Made by a program: the position numbers and the translations under genes. A stretch of DNA of 64,000 bases from Pseudomonadota bacterium (GTDB lineage: Bacteria; Bdellovibrionota; Bdellovibrionia; Bdellovibrionales; Bdellovibrionaceae): NCBI GenBank assembly GCA_041178425.1, contig JBEGVH010000009.1, forward strand, positions 160,001 to 224,000. The letters are read 5' to 3'. Of this stretch, positions 20,329-30,710 are shown piece by piece. Position 1 is the stretch's first letter, and every line of letters begins with the position of its first letter. The notes below the pieces were generated by a model. It saw nothing but the letters and a program-made list of their open reading frames with translations, ran no database searches and was not told the DNA's origin.

Positions 20329-21408
20329 GTGAAAAAAATAGTGGTTGGCACCCTAGGAAGTCTAACCTTTCTAGGATTCTTTTTTCTTAGTTTTGTATGG
20401 TTAACGACGGAACGCTTTGCAGACATCGAGCCCGTTGAAATTAAGTGCACCAAAGAGGCCCCTGCCTTAAACCCTAACAAACCTCTTAAGGTCCTGAGCT
20501 GGAATATTCAGTTTCTCGCGGGCAAAAACTACATCTTTTTTTACGACGCCGCCGATGGCTCTGGCAAAGACGAAGCCCCCTCTCGCGAAGATATCAAAAT
20601 TACTCTCAACGAAGTCACACGAATAATTAAAGATGAGAGCCCCGACGTTGTTCTGCTGCAAGAGGTAGATGTCGATGCCAAGAGAACGGCTCACCAAGAT
20701 CAAGTCGAACTGCTCCTCAAAACCTTAGCTCCCCTCTATCCTTGCTCTGCAGACACCTACTATTGGCGCGCCGGCTTTGCGCCCCACCCTAAAATTATGG
20801 GCAGTATAGGCATGAAGCTGGCAACTTTTTCAAAATATAGAATCACCAGTGCATCAAGACATGCACTCGGTGAGTTTCCTGCTAATTTTGTTGTTCGGCA
20901 ATTTCGACCAAAGAGAGCCATTCTCGATAGCTCCTTGCAAACAACCACTGGCGCAAGCATTCGGATTCTGAACACCCATCTCGAGGCCTACTCCCAAGGG
21001 TCTGATCTTATGCAATACCAAGTCAGAAAAACAGCCGAATTACTGAGTTCTATCGAAAACGCCAGCACGCCGTGGATTCTCGGAGGAGATTTTAATCTTC
21101 TTATGCCAGGCCGCAGTTATTCAGATCTCAGCAATAGTCAACGCTCTTACTATCAGATTGAAAGTGAATTCAAAGTGCTTGCCGACAGATTTTCGACAAT
21201 TCCAAGTAAAAGCGATATTAACGGTGAGCAATTCCAAATGTGGTACACGCATTTTCCAAATGATCCCGAAGTGAAGGGGCCCGATCGAACCATTGACTAT
21301 ATCCTCTACGGTAAAAAGATGATGCCGACTTATTACCAAGTTCGTTCTCGTGACACTCAAAAGATTTCTGATCACTTGCCTTTAATCGCAACCTTTGAGA
21401 TTCATTAA
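20329..21408 (+). CDS. Membrane-anchored endonuclease/exonuclease/phosphatase-family protein
   Basis: SWNIQ, LQEVD, NTHL, GGDFN, IDY, SDHLP, N-terminal TM. Confidence 0.9.
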   Translation: MKKIVVGTLGSLTFLGFFFLSFVWLTTERFADIEPVEIKCTKEAPALNPNKPLKVLSWNIQFLAGKNYIFFYDAADGSGKDEAPSREDIKITLNEVTRIIKDESPDVVLLQEVDVDAKRTAHQDQVELLLKTLAPLYPCSADTYYWRAGFAPHPKIMGSIGMKLATFSKYRITSASRHALGEFPANFVVRQFRPKRAILDSSLQTTTGASIRILNTHLEAYSQGSDLMQYQVRKTAELLSSIENASTPWILGGDFNLLMPGRSYSDLSNSQRSYYQIESEFKVLADRFSTIPSKSDINGEQFQMWYTHFPNDPEVKGPDRTIDYILYGKKMMPTYYQVRSRDTQKISDHLPLIATFEIH

Positions 21409-21429
21409 TCTCTAATAAACTATCGAAGG

Positions 21430-21768
21430 ATGCGAACTATGCCACACCTGCGTTTTAGGGCTGTAAATTCAGAGGTTGTTCAAACATTGAGTTCGACTCT
21501 GCCACAAGAGCTTTCTCAAACGATGAATACAGATGCCGATAATTTTACTTTTGAATCTGTCGCAACAGATTTTTTTTCCAACGGCCAGGCCACATCGAGC
21601 TACCCATTCGTTGAAGTGCTATGGTTTGAACGCACTCAAGAGGTTCAAAATTTGTCGGCCACAGTTATTACCGATCATGTAAAAAAATTGACCGCAGCCC
21701 AAGACGTCGTCGTTGTTTTTATCGCTCTAAATAAAAAAGCTTATTATGAGAACGGAAAGCACTTTTAA
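21430..21768 (+). CDS. DUF1904-family (tautomerase-like) protein
   Basis: MPHLRFR, PFVEVLWFER, YYENGKHF. Confidence 0.85.
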   Translation: MRTMPHLRFRAVNSEVVQTLSSTLPQELSQTMNTDADNFTFESVATDFFSNGQATSSYPFVEVLWFERTQEVQNLSATVITDHVKKLTAAQDVVVVFIALNKKAYYENGKHF

Positions 21769-21917
21769 TTGATTCAAGCTTCTTGCTCAAAAGCCATCGT
21801 CTGACCTGGGAGATCCAGCCGAAACAGACGTCTTAAAATAATACGATTCGTTGGCTCTAAAAAAAATTAGTCTCAGTCCAACCTCCATCGAAAAAAATCG
21901 ATATATAATGAGCTTGA

Positions 21918-22952
21918 ATGAAGGCGTTTTTCTTTTACCTCAATTATTGGCGTGGTTACTTTTTTGCTTGTTTGACTTTCTTGGGTGGACTTGTTGGGGG
22001 CTATTGGAGCTTTCTTGGCCTGGGCATCATCTTTGTTCTCCACCCTTTGATGGATAATCTGATTCAACGAAACATCAATATACCTCCCTTCCGTCTCAGA
22101 TCCAAATGGTCGGTGGCGCCTCTGGTCTTCGCCCTACCTTTTCTTTGCCTGTTTAGCTTTGGAGGACTTCTGCTGGCTATGCAAGCCAATCAATTAGAAA
22201 TGATCGGTCTAATACTCTCTTTTGGAACGATCCTGGGAGTTTTAGGAATTAATACGGCTCATGAGTTGGTTCACAGACGCGAAGGATGGTTACGCCATCT
22301 AGGCATGGGCATTTTAACCATAGTGAATTTCACCCACTGGGAAACCGAACATGTGTATGGGCACCATAAAAACGTTGCAACGCCCGACGATTCAGCCACT
22401 GCGAGAAAAAATGAGTGGATTTACATTTATTATTTTCGCTCCTATTTTGGTGGACTCATGAGCTCTATCAGGATTGAAAATCAGAGACTCAAAAATAAAA
22501 AATCTTTTAATCCGTGGCAGAATCGAATTTATTGGTTTGGTCTTCTGCAGTTGCTGATCACAATTTTTGTTTACGTTATTTCTGGCTCCGCGGGCCTTTT
22601 ATTCTGGATAGGACAAAGCATAATGGCTATTTTGCTTCTTCAAACGGTCGACTATATAGAACACTATGGCTTATTGAGACAGAAAAATGAGATGGGAGTT
22701 TACGAACCCGTTAAAACAAACCACTCTTGGGATAGCTACAAAGCTTGGACCAATTACACACTCTTCAATTTAGGCTTCCATTCCCACCACCATCATAAGG
22801 CCTCACTGCCATACACGGAATTGCAAGCACAACCCACGGCCATGCATTTACCTCTTGGTTACTCTGCTATGGCACTTTTGGCATTGGTACCACCCTTGTT
22901 TTTTATGGTGATGAACCCTAAATTAAAGAAAGTAGATGGCACCCAAAACTAA
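21918..22952 (+). CDS. Alkane 1-monooxygenase AlkB-like membrane di-iron enzyme
   Basis: NTAHELVH, EHVYGHHKNVATPDDSATAR, DYIEHYG, HSW, HSHHH boxes and TM helices. Confidence 0.88.
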   Translation: MKAFFFYLNYWRGYFFACLTFLGGLVGGYWSFLGLGIIFVLHPLMDNLIQRNINIPPFRLRSKWSVAPLVFALPFLCLFSFGGLLLAMQANQLEMIGLILSFGTILGVLGINTAHELVHRREGWLRHLGMGILTIVNFTHWETEHVYGHHKNVATPDDSATARKNEWIYIYYFRSYFGGLMSSIRIENQRLKNKKSFNPWQNRIYWFGLLQLLITIFVYVISGSAGLLFWIGQSIMAILLLQTVDYIEHYGLLRQKNEMGVYEPVKTNHSWDSYKAWTNYTLFNLGFHSHHHHKASLPYTELQAQPTAMHLPLGYSAMALLALVPPLFFMVMNPKLKKVDGTQN

Positions 22953-23816
22953 CTGAAATGTTTGTTTTGAAAAATCCATACCCGAACTTTTACTTGGAAA
23001 ATTAACAACGTCTACTTTAAAGGTGGTAAATTTTCGCCCCAACCGCATATTGTATCCCGCTGAACCAATGGGGGTCACTTCAGTTTTAGACTTTTCAGTA
23101 CTTATTGTTGAAGAAAAGCTTGAAGGCAAATAAAGACCTAATCCTCCGCCAACCCAGAGGCCTTCTGTGCGCCCCTCCAAGAGGTAACGGGCTAAAGCTT
23201 CAACAGCAATATAACTGGCCGTCTCTTTGTAGTTGAAGGCCTCAGAATCCAGAGTGGCGGTTCCTGACACGCTAAACGGATGAATGCCCACAGAGCCCAG
23301 CAACACCCAAGGAGGTTTAATAGGGTAATCCACAACAAACCTGTAGCCAATAGCGTTCCCCGCAAAGGATCCTGCCCCAACCGATGCTAAATTTAAGTAT
23401 CGAGAGGTCATGATAAAGTCGGCGCCGAATCCGTAAAACATCTGCCGTGAACCCTGAGCCTCAACTCTTGGATTCGGGCGAACCATGGCAGAACTTTCGT
23501 TTTTTGAACGACGATCGGGTGGAGTTCGTTGTTGAGCAAGCTCCGTCGAGTCTCCGGCCTTCCCTCGACCCTTTAGCAATTTGCCAAGAGCTCTATTGCC
23601 CTTGATCTTTAAAACTTGAAATAAACCGATTTCTTTATTGGAACTGTTATCAAGAATAAAGTACTTGTCTCCCGGCGACGGCGCCGACTCTCCATCAAAA
23701 TTAAAGATAACCTTTGCTCCTGTTATTTTCTCCACTGACCCAGCAATGGCCGAAGAACAAACAAAACTCACAGACAACGAATAGACAGAAATGATGAACT
23801 TAATATTTTTTTTCAC
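22923..23816 (-). CDS. Hypothetical secreted protein with probable C-terminal outer-membrane beta-barrel
   Basis: Signal peptide, alternating hydrophobic beta-strands, aromatic C-terminus (GAIYFL). Confidence 0.7.
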   Translation of the reverse strand: MKKNIKFIISVYSLSVSFVCSSAIAGSVEKITGAKVIFNFDGESAPSPGDKYFILDNSSNKEIGLFQVLKIKGNRALGKLLKGRGKAGDSTELAQQRTPPDRRSKNESSAMVRPNPRVEAQGSRQMFYGFGADFIMTSRYLNLASVGAGSFAGNAIGYRFVVDYPIKPPWVLLGSVGIHPFSVSGTATLDSEAFNYKETASYIAVEALARYLLEGRTEGLWVGGGLGLYLPSSFSSTISTEKSKTEVTPIGSAGYNMRLGRKFTTFKVDVVNFPSKSSGMDFSKQTFQLVLGAIYFL

Positions 23817-23883
23817 TTCTATATTGTCTCCATAGTTATGCCATTAGACAACCAGACCTTAGGTTAGGTTTTTGAAACTCGCT

Positions 23884-24555
23884 TTATTTCCAATCACGAT
23901 TAACAAACAAGCGAAGGCAACGAGCAGAGGGCGAGCCTGCACTTAAGACAAACTCATTCATTTTCCAAGGCTCTTTTTTAAAACGAGGGCTATGGTGATA
24001 TAAAAAATAATGCATAATATATTTGGCATCCGAAGCCTCGGACGTCGAACTTGCTAAAGAACTGCTACTTACCTTTCGAAAAATGGCGTTCCAGAGCTTT
24101 TCATCCTGTGGGCACAAGAAATCATTAATGCGAGACTCAGAGTAGGTATTTAAGGAAGAGGCAAACTGATCTTTTTGAAAAACGACGCTTTTTACATTTC
24201 CTCTTCGGCGCACCCGATTCTCGATCACCAACGAAATGGCATTCGCCAATTTATCATTTTCGTCAGGGCAATTGGCGGCTAGGGTTTCGGCATAAATGAG
24301 TCTTGCTTTGAGTTCATCATCCGAATCAGAGTTCAAGGCTTCTTGGATTTTTTTGTATTTCTCCTTTGAGTTTTTATTGACTTGAATAGAAATCTTCACT
24401 TCTGAAATTTGTTTTTGATCGAGGCATCGCGGAAGCTCAGTTAGTTTTATGTTTTGTTGCGAGGTAGCTGGATGTGAGGTGCCGACTTCCTCGGCTAAAA
24501 CGAGAGTACAAAACAATAAACCGCTGACAGCAACCACGACTCTTCGACTTAACAT
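23884..24555 (-). CDS. SleB/Hydrolase_2-like cell wall hydrolase
   Basis: Signal peptide, ARLIYAE (catalytic Glu), VIENRV, VVFQKDQF. Confidence 0.75.
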   Translation of the reverse strand: MLSRRVVVAVSGLLFCTLVLAEEVGTSHPATSQQNIKLTELPRCLDQKQISEVKISIQVNKNSKEKYKKIQEALNSDSDDELKARLIYAETLAANCPDENDKLANAISLVIENRVRRRGNVKSVVFQKDQFASSLNTYSESRINDFLCPQDEKLWNAIFRKVSSSSLASSTSEASDAKYIMHYFLYHHSPRFKKEPWKMNEFVLSAGSPSARCLRLFVNRDWK

Positions 24556-24581
24556 ACCTACTCCAATGCCATTGAATACGC

Positions 24582-24589
24582 TTATCGGT
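24582..24589 (-). promoter_or_regulatory. Sigma28-like -10 element
   Basis: ACCGATAA on the minus strand upstream of the SleB-like gene. The -35 match is poor. Confidence 0.35.
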
Positions 24590-24699
24590 ACAGTTTGAAG
24601 ACTCGCTTCTCACCACGCAAGCAAAGACACACCGACCCTAGAAGGCCCTTGGCTATTTACCCGGTCATAAGGAGATTTTTTACCCCCCACCATCGAAAA

Positions 24700-24715
24700 T
24701 GGCACTTGGTTTGCT
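24700..24715 (+). promoter_or_regulatory. Sigma54 (-24/-12) promoter
   Basis: TGGCAC-TTGGT-TTGCT, consensus GG-N10-GC. Confidence 0.75.
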
Positions 24716-24794
24716 AATTTGTAAGTGCGTGGGCTAAAAGTGTTACCAGTTCAAATAAAACCCTTCTAGCCCCCCCACAAAGGGAAGTAGGAAT

Positions 24795-25868
24795 ATGAAA
24801 ACTAAACAAAAATTGATTTTTTGCCTAATTGTTATTGTTTTGCATAGTCGACTTTCTGACTTTTTTCCAAAAAATCCGTTCGAAAGGAAAGTGTCTCAAA
24901 TCGAGAACGTTTCTCGTTTTCCAGCCTCTGAAACCAATGAAAACGATCGCCTTTACGAATTCAAGTCTCGCCTCATTGATATAGAGACCAATAATAACAT
25001 GAATTTTTATCAATTTCAGAACGACATGAAGAATCTATTTAATGAATACCACGACGTTCTCACTGATCTTGCTCCGGAGTCGCTCATGCGACCTGCTGTC
25101 GATAACAATGGAACCCCTTTGATTGTTACCAAAGACCTCACCAATGCCGAGTATCTTATTGAAAATCGCTTTGCTTTTTTATCTTTTGCAAAGCGTTCAA
25201 AAGACGATGATAGAGAACTTGAGTTGAGAAAGTCTATCGCCATTCTTAATGAATTCAAAAAGCGTTTCCCCAATGAATTCGAAAAGGTTCAATACAGCCT
25301 TGTCTCGGGCTATGCCTACGGAGACTGCGGCAGTCGCGAACCAGGCGTTTGCCGCCCCAAATCTTTAATTGACCATCTAAAAAAACAGCTCAAAGCCGAG
25401 GGAACTCCTGTCATCAAGGAGGAGATGATCGACCTCATTCCAAATCTTGATCTTGACCCTGGTACAATAAAAGACATAAAGACCCCCTCCGCCAACGCAA
25501 AAGATGCATGTAAACGCTCTTATAAGAAAATTCTAGCTGCCGTAGAAGAGCAACTTCTCCAAAAGCCAACTGGCCAGCGCCTCGTCTTTAGCGGAGAGGG
25601 TGCGGTAAACAGAAACCTCTATCTTTCAGACATCAATAAAATTGATGTCTCAATGGAGTATCAGGGCGCCCGTGTTTCATCTCTGAGTATTCAATGCATA
25701 ACAAGCAAGGGGGAGATCACCTTAGACATTCTGAACCCCAAACATAAAGGTGAGTTTATCGATTGGATCAACAAACGACGCACCCAAGGCTCTTCTAAAG
25801 CAAAATCAAAAAGCGGAGCCCAAAGGCTGCCAAATCCTACCCCTCCTGATCACAGTGGTGCCCTCTGA
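24795..25868 (+). CDS. Hypothetical exported protein (RFPAS motif)
   Basis: 357-aa ORF with an N-terminal hydrophobic segment, preceded by a sigma54 site. Confidence 0.75.
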   Translation: MKTKQKLIFCLIVIVLHSRLSDFFPKNPFERKVSQIENVSRFPASETNENDRLYEFKSRLIDIETNNNMNFYQFQNDMKNLFNEYHDVLTDLAPESLMRPAVDNNGTPLIVTKDLTNAEYLIENRFAFLSFAKRSKDDDRELELRKSIAILNEFKKRFPNEFEKVQYSLVSGYAYGDCGSREPGVCRPKSLIDHLKKQLKAEGTPVIKEEMIDLIPNLDLDPGTIKDIKTPSANAKDACKRSYKKILAAVEEQLLQKPTGQRLVFSGEGAVNRNLYLSDINKIDVSMEYQGARVSSLSIQCITSKGEITLDILNPKHKGEFIDWINKRRTQGSSKAKSKSGAQRLPNPTPPDHSGAL

Positions 25869-26035
25869 CCCCTCAAAAAGCTGGGTCCAGCGGCCACGTC
25901 TGCTCACAAAGGGGGCGCAGCTCTACCCACATAGGAATTTGGTAGACCATCCCCTCTCGTTAATATTATATTTCAGTTGTTTATTCCTAGAATTATCACC
26001 GGTTTTTTAAAATGAACCGAAAGGAACTGAAAACA

Positions 26036-27427
26036 ATGGAAACTACTCTGGTAAAAACAGTCTATCGAGAAACAGAAAAGTTTTTAGATAAAGAAATCCA
26101 TCTTTCTGGATGGGTACGTAAAATTCGTGATCAGAAAAATTTTGGGTTCATCGAATTGAATGACGGAACTTTTTTTAAAGGGCTCCAAGTCGTATTTGAT
26201 ACCAAGCTCGCGAATTTTGAGGAAGTGGCCAAACTTCCAATTTCTAGCTCGATTCATGTCTTCGGAAAACTAGTAAAATCCCAAGGGGCTGGACAAGCCT
26301 TTGAAGTGATCGCTCACAAAATTGAAATTGTTCAAGTGGCCGATCTTAAATACCCCCTTCAGAACAAACGTCACAGTTTCGAATTCTTGCGAGAAATTGC
26401 GCATCTTCGCCCTCGCACCAACACTTTTTCTGCGGTGTTTCGAGTTCGCTCCGTCTTAGCTTTTGCTATCCATAAATTTTTCCAAGAAAACGGCTTCGTC
26501 AACGTTCACACTCCTATTATCACGGGCTCTGACTGTGAAGGTGCGGGTGAAATGTTTCGAGTCACTACACTCAAACTTGACAAGCCTCCTCGCAAGGCCG
26601 ATGGCACTATCGATAGTTCCCAGGACTTTTTTGGAAAAGAAACGAACCTCACCGTGAGTGGCCAATTGAATGGAGAGACTTATTGTGCGGCGTTCAGAAA
26701 CATCTATACCTTCGGTCCTACTTTCCGCGCTGAGAACTCAAATACATCAAGACACGCCGCTGAGTTTTGGATGATTGAACCTGAGATCGCCTTTGCTGAT
26801 CTGTCTGCCGACATGGAACTCGGCGAAGCCATGATCAAGTACATCGTTCGTTACGTGATGGATCAGTGCCCCGAAGAAATGGAATTTTTCAACCAATATA
26901 TTGAGAAGGGTCTGTTCGATAAACTCAACAACCTACTAAACAACGACTTTGCTCGCGTGACATACACTGAGGCGCTAGAGATCCTTAAAAAATCTGGAAA
27001 AAAATTCGAATACCCTGTTGATTGGGGCATCGATATGCAATCAGAACACGAACGCTACCTCGCAGAGGAACACTTTAAAAAACCCGTGTTCGTAACAGAT
27101 TATCCAAAAGAAATTAAAGCTTTCTACATGAAACTTAATGAGGATGGAAAAACCGTGCGTGCCATGGACCTTCTTGCACCGGGGATTGGCGAAATCATTG
27201 GCGGCTCTCAAAGAGAAGACCATCTGGAAACTCTCGAAGCTCGAATGAAAGAAGTGGGTTTAAATCCCGAAGACTATTCATTCTATCTCGATTTACGCCG
27301 CTATGGCAGCTTCCCTCATGCGGGATTCGGTCTCGGTTTTGAGAGAATGATGATGTACCTCACTGGCATGACAAACATCCGTGACGTCATTCCGTTCCCT
27401 CGAACGCCAAATAATGCTTTGTTTTAA
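26036..27427 (+). CDS. asnS: Asparagine--tRNA ligase
   Basis: OB fold, [45 protein letters not shown]. Confidence 0.97.
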   Translation: METTLVKTVYRETEKFLDKEIHLSGWVRKIRDQKNFGFIELNDGTFFKGLQVVFDTKLANFEEVAKLPISSSIHVFGKLVKSQGAGQAFEVIAHKIEIVQVADLKYPLQNKRHSFEFLREIAHLRPRTNTFSAVFRVRSVLAFAIHKFFQENGFVNVHTPIITGSDCEGAGEMFRVTTLKLDKPPRKADGTIDSSQDFFGKETNLTVSGQLNGETYCAAFRNIYTFGPTFRAENSNTSRHAAEFWMIEPEIAFADLSADMELGEAMIKYIVRYVMDQCPEEMEFFNQYIEKGLFDKLNNLLNNDFARVTYTEALEILKKSGKKFEYPVDWGIDMQSEHERYLAEEHFKKPVFVTDYPKEIKAFYMKLNEDGKTVRAMDLLAPGIGEIIGGSQREDHLETLEARMKEVGLNPEDYSFYLDLRRYGSFPHAGFGLGFERMMMYLTGMTNIRDVIPFPRTPNNALF

Positions 27428-27432
27428 AGGAT

Positions 27433-27466
27433 AAAAAAAAGGGTAACCACTTGGTTACCCTTTTTT
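27433..27466. terminator. Bidirectional rho-independent terminator
   Basis: A8-GGGTAACCA-CT-TGGTTACCC-T6 between convergent genes. Confidence 0.9.
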
Positions 27467-27482
27467 GATTAGATCCTCTCTC

Positions 27483-28148
27483 TTAAAAACAGCGCCACTC
27501 TTCTCCCCATCGGTCCTGTAGCAACGGAAGAATTTCTAATCGAAGTCCATTCTCTAGAGTGACTTCTAGATTGTTATAACCAAGATTAAGAAAATTAGTT
27601 CCTCGGTTAATCGCCTCCATCGCCGCATCAACTCGCGGAGAGGACTGGAGTGCCTCAATAAATCTGCCTATACCTCCTCCTCCATAACAAATAGTTCTTA
27701 CAAACTCATTGAGCTCTATTTCCATTGAATTGAAACGTCTCACAAAGATGTTTTCTAGATTGAGTGTCGTTGTGTTTGTATAGATATAGTAACGAGCTTC
27801 AAAGTCTTTCACCTTAAACACTTCCAAAGTACCCGTTCCCAAGCGGGGCGGATAGCTCACAAGCCTTTCAACGTTATTCTTATCTCCACTAAAAAACCCA
27901 TGAGCCACAATCACCTGTTGCTTGTTCATGAGATCACAGTTTTTTGCACGGGGGTAAAAATAGATTTCTTTTCTTAAGCCATTGTCTAAAGCCGATCTCT
28001 CGAGGAGCCCGATGAGCTTGTGCTGAATGTTTTGCTGGCATTGCTCTAGCGTTACGGGCACATAAGCCCTCATATACACCGTCTCTGCCTTCACCAGTGA
28101 AATTGGCATTGCTATAAAGAAGAGACCTAACATCAACAAATTTTTCAT
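27483..28148 (-). CDS. Hypothetical secreted protein
   Basis: Signal peptide MKNLLMLGLFFIAMPISLVKA. Confidence 0.7.
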   Translation of the reverse strand: MKNLLMLGLFFIAMPISLVKAETVYMRAYVPVTLEQCQQNIQHKLIGLLERSALDNGLRKEIYFYPRAKNCDLMNKQQVIVAHGFFSGDKNNVERLVSYPPRLGTGTLEVFKVKDFEARYYIYTNTTTLNLENIFVRRFNSMEIELNEFVRTICYGGGGIGRFIEALQSSPRVDAAMEAINRGTNFLNLGYNNLEVTLENGLRLEILPLLQDRWGEEWRCF

Positions 28149-28317
28149 GCATTTAACCTTTCGGCCCCTTTTGGGACCTCTGAAATTCGGATTTTCATTA
28201 GGCATTAACTAACTTTTAGACTCGAGGCCGTCAACGCCGAAGCCAGTACTCTTTCTCTTTTACCAACCCAAAAATCGGTATGTTTCTTGATCTCTAGGGT
28301 GACCAGTCGAGGTCAAG

Positions 28318-30663
28318 ATGGGTCAGATCAAATTTAACCAAGGAAAGGAGCGCCGAAGTGGCGTTCTACTGACGACACTTCTAACACTCGCCTTGCAATT
28401 GCCGGCACTCGCGGGAGCAAACTCCGTCCGCCTTTGCGTAGAAACGCTCCAGCCAACGGCCGCTAACTCTTCTTCAGAAGACCTGGCGCCCCTCAAACAA
28501 GCCATTTTAGAAACTTATATAGACTCCCTTTCTATTAGCCTTATGGAACAAGGGCAAAAGGACCTCTCCAATCGACTTAAATTTGCGAAATCAGGCCTCT
28601 TAAAAGATCTGGCCCAAACCCCTTGGAACTCTCAAACAGAGCTTTTGATAGACCTCACTCGTCGATCGCAGGTTCGCCTCCAAACCGACTCCCAAGAGCA
28701 ATACTTTGTACGAAAGGCTGCCAAGCATGCTATTTCCTACCTGGATCTGAAGAACGCTCCCTTCTTTACAATCCTTCATGACCTTCGTTTTTCGAGCCAG
28801 CAAGACGATGTGCAATTTTCATTTGGTCACAGTCGCGACTCTTTTAGTCGCGACCTTGCTCACACAAATTGGTCGGGTATTGAATTTTATATTGCTAATC
28901 GCTTGGGGCCCCTCTCTGCTGTTCTCGATAACCTCACCCCTGCAGACCGAGTAATTCTTTCAAATATTTCGATCGATTCCCTCTCGCCATTTTTTGGTGA
29001 TGGTGACCAAATAGCTCGGCTCGAACTACCTTTGGCAAGCTATGAAAAAGAAATCTACTGGGTGATTCACCCTCACCAACGTCGCACTCTTTTAATCACA
29101 AATTTTGGTGGTAGTTTTTACCTCCAGCATTTCGAGGCGATGGTTCGACGCCGCCTCTTAAAAAATGATGGTAATATTCCTGTTGTTCGCATCGAATCAC
29201 CTAAGCTCTATGAGAAAAAATCAAACCAACTCCTGCAGTTTGTAGTGGCCCATTCGGCCTCTTTCGCCGATGTGACAGCTATTGCCATTGGCTACACAGA
29301 GGCCGTGCACAAGCAGTTTGCACCTTACCTGCATCAAGAAATAAATTCCACAGGCATCGAAACTCAATCCAAACTCTGGAGTGCAAATATTTACAAACTT
29401 CCGAATGGTGAAACCCTAGCTCTCCTCAAAGGCGATGTAGGAACCCATGGCGAGGTTTTGGGTCGGCAGGTAGAAAAGGCCCTTACCGCACTTCCAAAGT
29501 TGCGAAAATTCTTTTTTGGCGGCTCTGGTGGAAGTTTAAAATCAACGATGCCTTACAGTTTGAAATTTCCAAACTTTGTTGAAACGCCCAATGGAAAAAT
29601 TAAAAATCTCTTCAAAGATGCTTCGTGGAATTTTGGCCACTTCAGCGTAGAAACGCCCCTTATTGAAACCCCTCAATTACTCCATACCAAATTGCACCAA
29701 GATCTTGGCACCGTCGACATGGAGGTGAGTACTTTAGCCGCAATACTTGATAAACATGGTATCGAGCTTGGCTCTGCCATTTTAGTTACCGACTATCCTC
29801 TTTCGCGCCGTGTTTTTGAAAAAGTGCAACTCGGTGATCAAGACTTTCAAGCGAAGAGACAAGCCCGAGCCCTCTATGCCCAGGCCATCGAGCTATCTCT
29901 ACGAGGGCAAAACGAACTTTTAATTCAACCCATTGAGCAAAAGAATCAGAAAAACCTTAGTACCTTATCGAAAGGCTATCTCGAAACTATTCGCCGCCGG
30001 GTCCGTTGGCCTCTAACCCCCGAGGAGGAGCGTCTCCTTGAAAAATATGAAAACTTGCCCTGGCGAACCGTGATTCGAGTGAGTCCTGGCAGACTTCACT
30101 GGATGCTCCAAGATCAGGTTTTGCTGTCAACCAAACAGGTCACTCACTTTTACAATGCACCGGTGAAGCCATTCACCCCCGACATTGAAGAACAAATGTT
30201 TGGTGCCTATGATTATGTTTTTGCTCAATATGGATTTAATCTCGGACATCCCCAGTATGGAGAGATTGTCATTGAACTCAAAGACGATGTTCCCGTCAAG
30301 CGGGGCTGGGCGACTCCTTTTTCGGGATGGTACGCAAAAAATAAAACGGACTCTCCAGAGGCGGCGCTCAAGTATCTAAGTTCCAGGGTCGTGAACGGAA
30401 CTGACCTCAAAGAGCTAATGAAGCTGCGATGGATTGATTATATTCAAAGGCTTTCAGCCCCAGAGCGGCAATCCCTCCTGGACGCTTCGCCCGAAGACTT
30501 GATGACCTCTTGCCGACAACTGAGTTGCGACAAAATGGAGGTAAAAATTCCTTCGTTTATTGATCTCGACGAAATAAAACGTGTTTACCTCCCCGAGCAC
30601 CTAAGATCGGCCTTTGAGGATCGCTTGAAAAACGAAGGCCTCGAAACGATAAATTTACCCTAA
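28318..30663 (+). CDS. Secreted multidomain protein: PNP/UDP-family nucleoside phosphorylase/nucleosidase domain plus C-terminal ART-like domain
   Basis: Signal peptide (LLTLALQLPALA). PNP fold motifs FFFGGSGGSL, HFSVETPLIET, VDME, ILVTDYP. DarT/ART-like pattern in the C-terminus: VLLS, YDYVF, YG, MEVKIP...IKRVYLP. Confidence 0.65.
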   Translation: MGQIKFNQGKERRSGVLLTTLLTLALQLPALAGANSVRLCVETLQPTAANSSSEDLAPLKQAILETYIDSLSISLMEQGQKDLSNRLKFAKSGLLKDLAQTPWNSQTELLIDLTRRSQVRLQTDSQEQYFVRKAAKHAISYLDLKNAPFFTILHDLRFSSQQDDVQFSFGHSRDSFSRDLAHTNWSGIEFYIANRLGPLSAVLDNLTPADRVILSNISIDSLSPFFGDGDQIARLELPLASYEKEIYWVIHPHQRRTLLITNFGGSFYLQHFEAMVRRRLLKNDGNIPVVRIESPKLYEKKSNQLLQFVVAHSASFADVTAIAIGYTEAVHKQFAPYLHQEINSTGIETQSKLWSANIYKLPNGETLALLKGDVGTHGEVLGRQVEKALTALPKLRKFFFGGSGGSLKSTMPYSLKFPNFVETPNGKIKNLFKDASWNFGHFSVETPLIETPQLLHTKLHQDLGTVDMEVSTLAAILDKHGIELGSAILVTDYPLSRRVFEKVQLGDQDFQAKRQARALYAQAIELSLRGQNELLIQPIEQKNQKNLSTLSKGYLETIRRRVRWPLTPEEERLLEKYENLPWRTVIRVSPGRLHWMLQDQVLLSTKQVTHFYNAPVKPFTPDIEEQMFGAYDYVFAQYGFNLGHPQYGEIVIELKDDVPVKRGWATPFSGWYAKNKTDSPEAALKYLSSRVVNGTDLKELMKLRWIDYIQRLSAPERQSLLDASPEDLMTSCRQLSCDKMEVKIPSFIDLDEIKRVYLPEHLRSAFEDRLKNEGLETINLP

Positions 30664-30710
30664 GAAAGAAAAGATAATTGTTGCCGGTTGAGCGATTCGT
30701 TGACGTTAAA

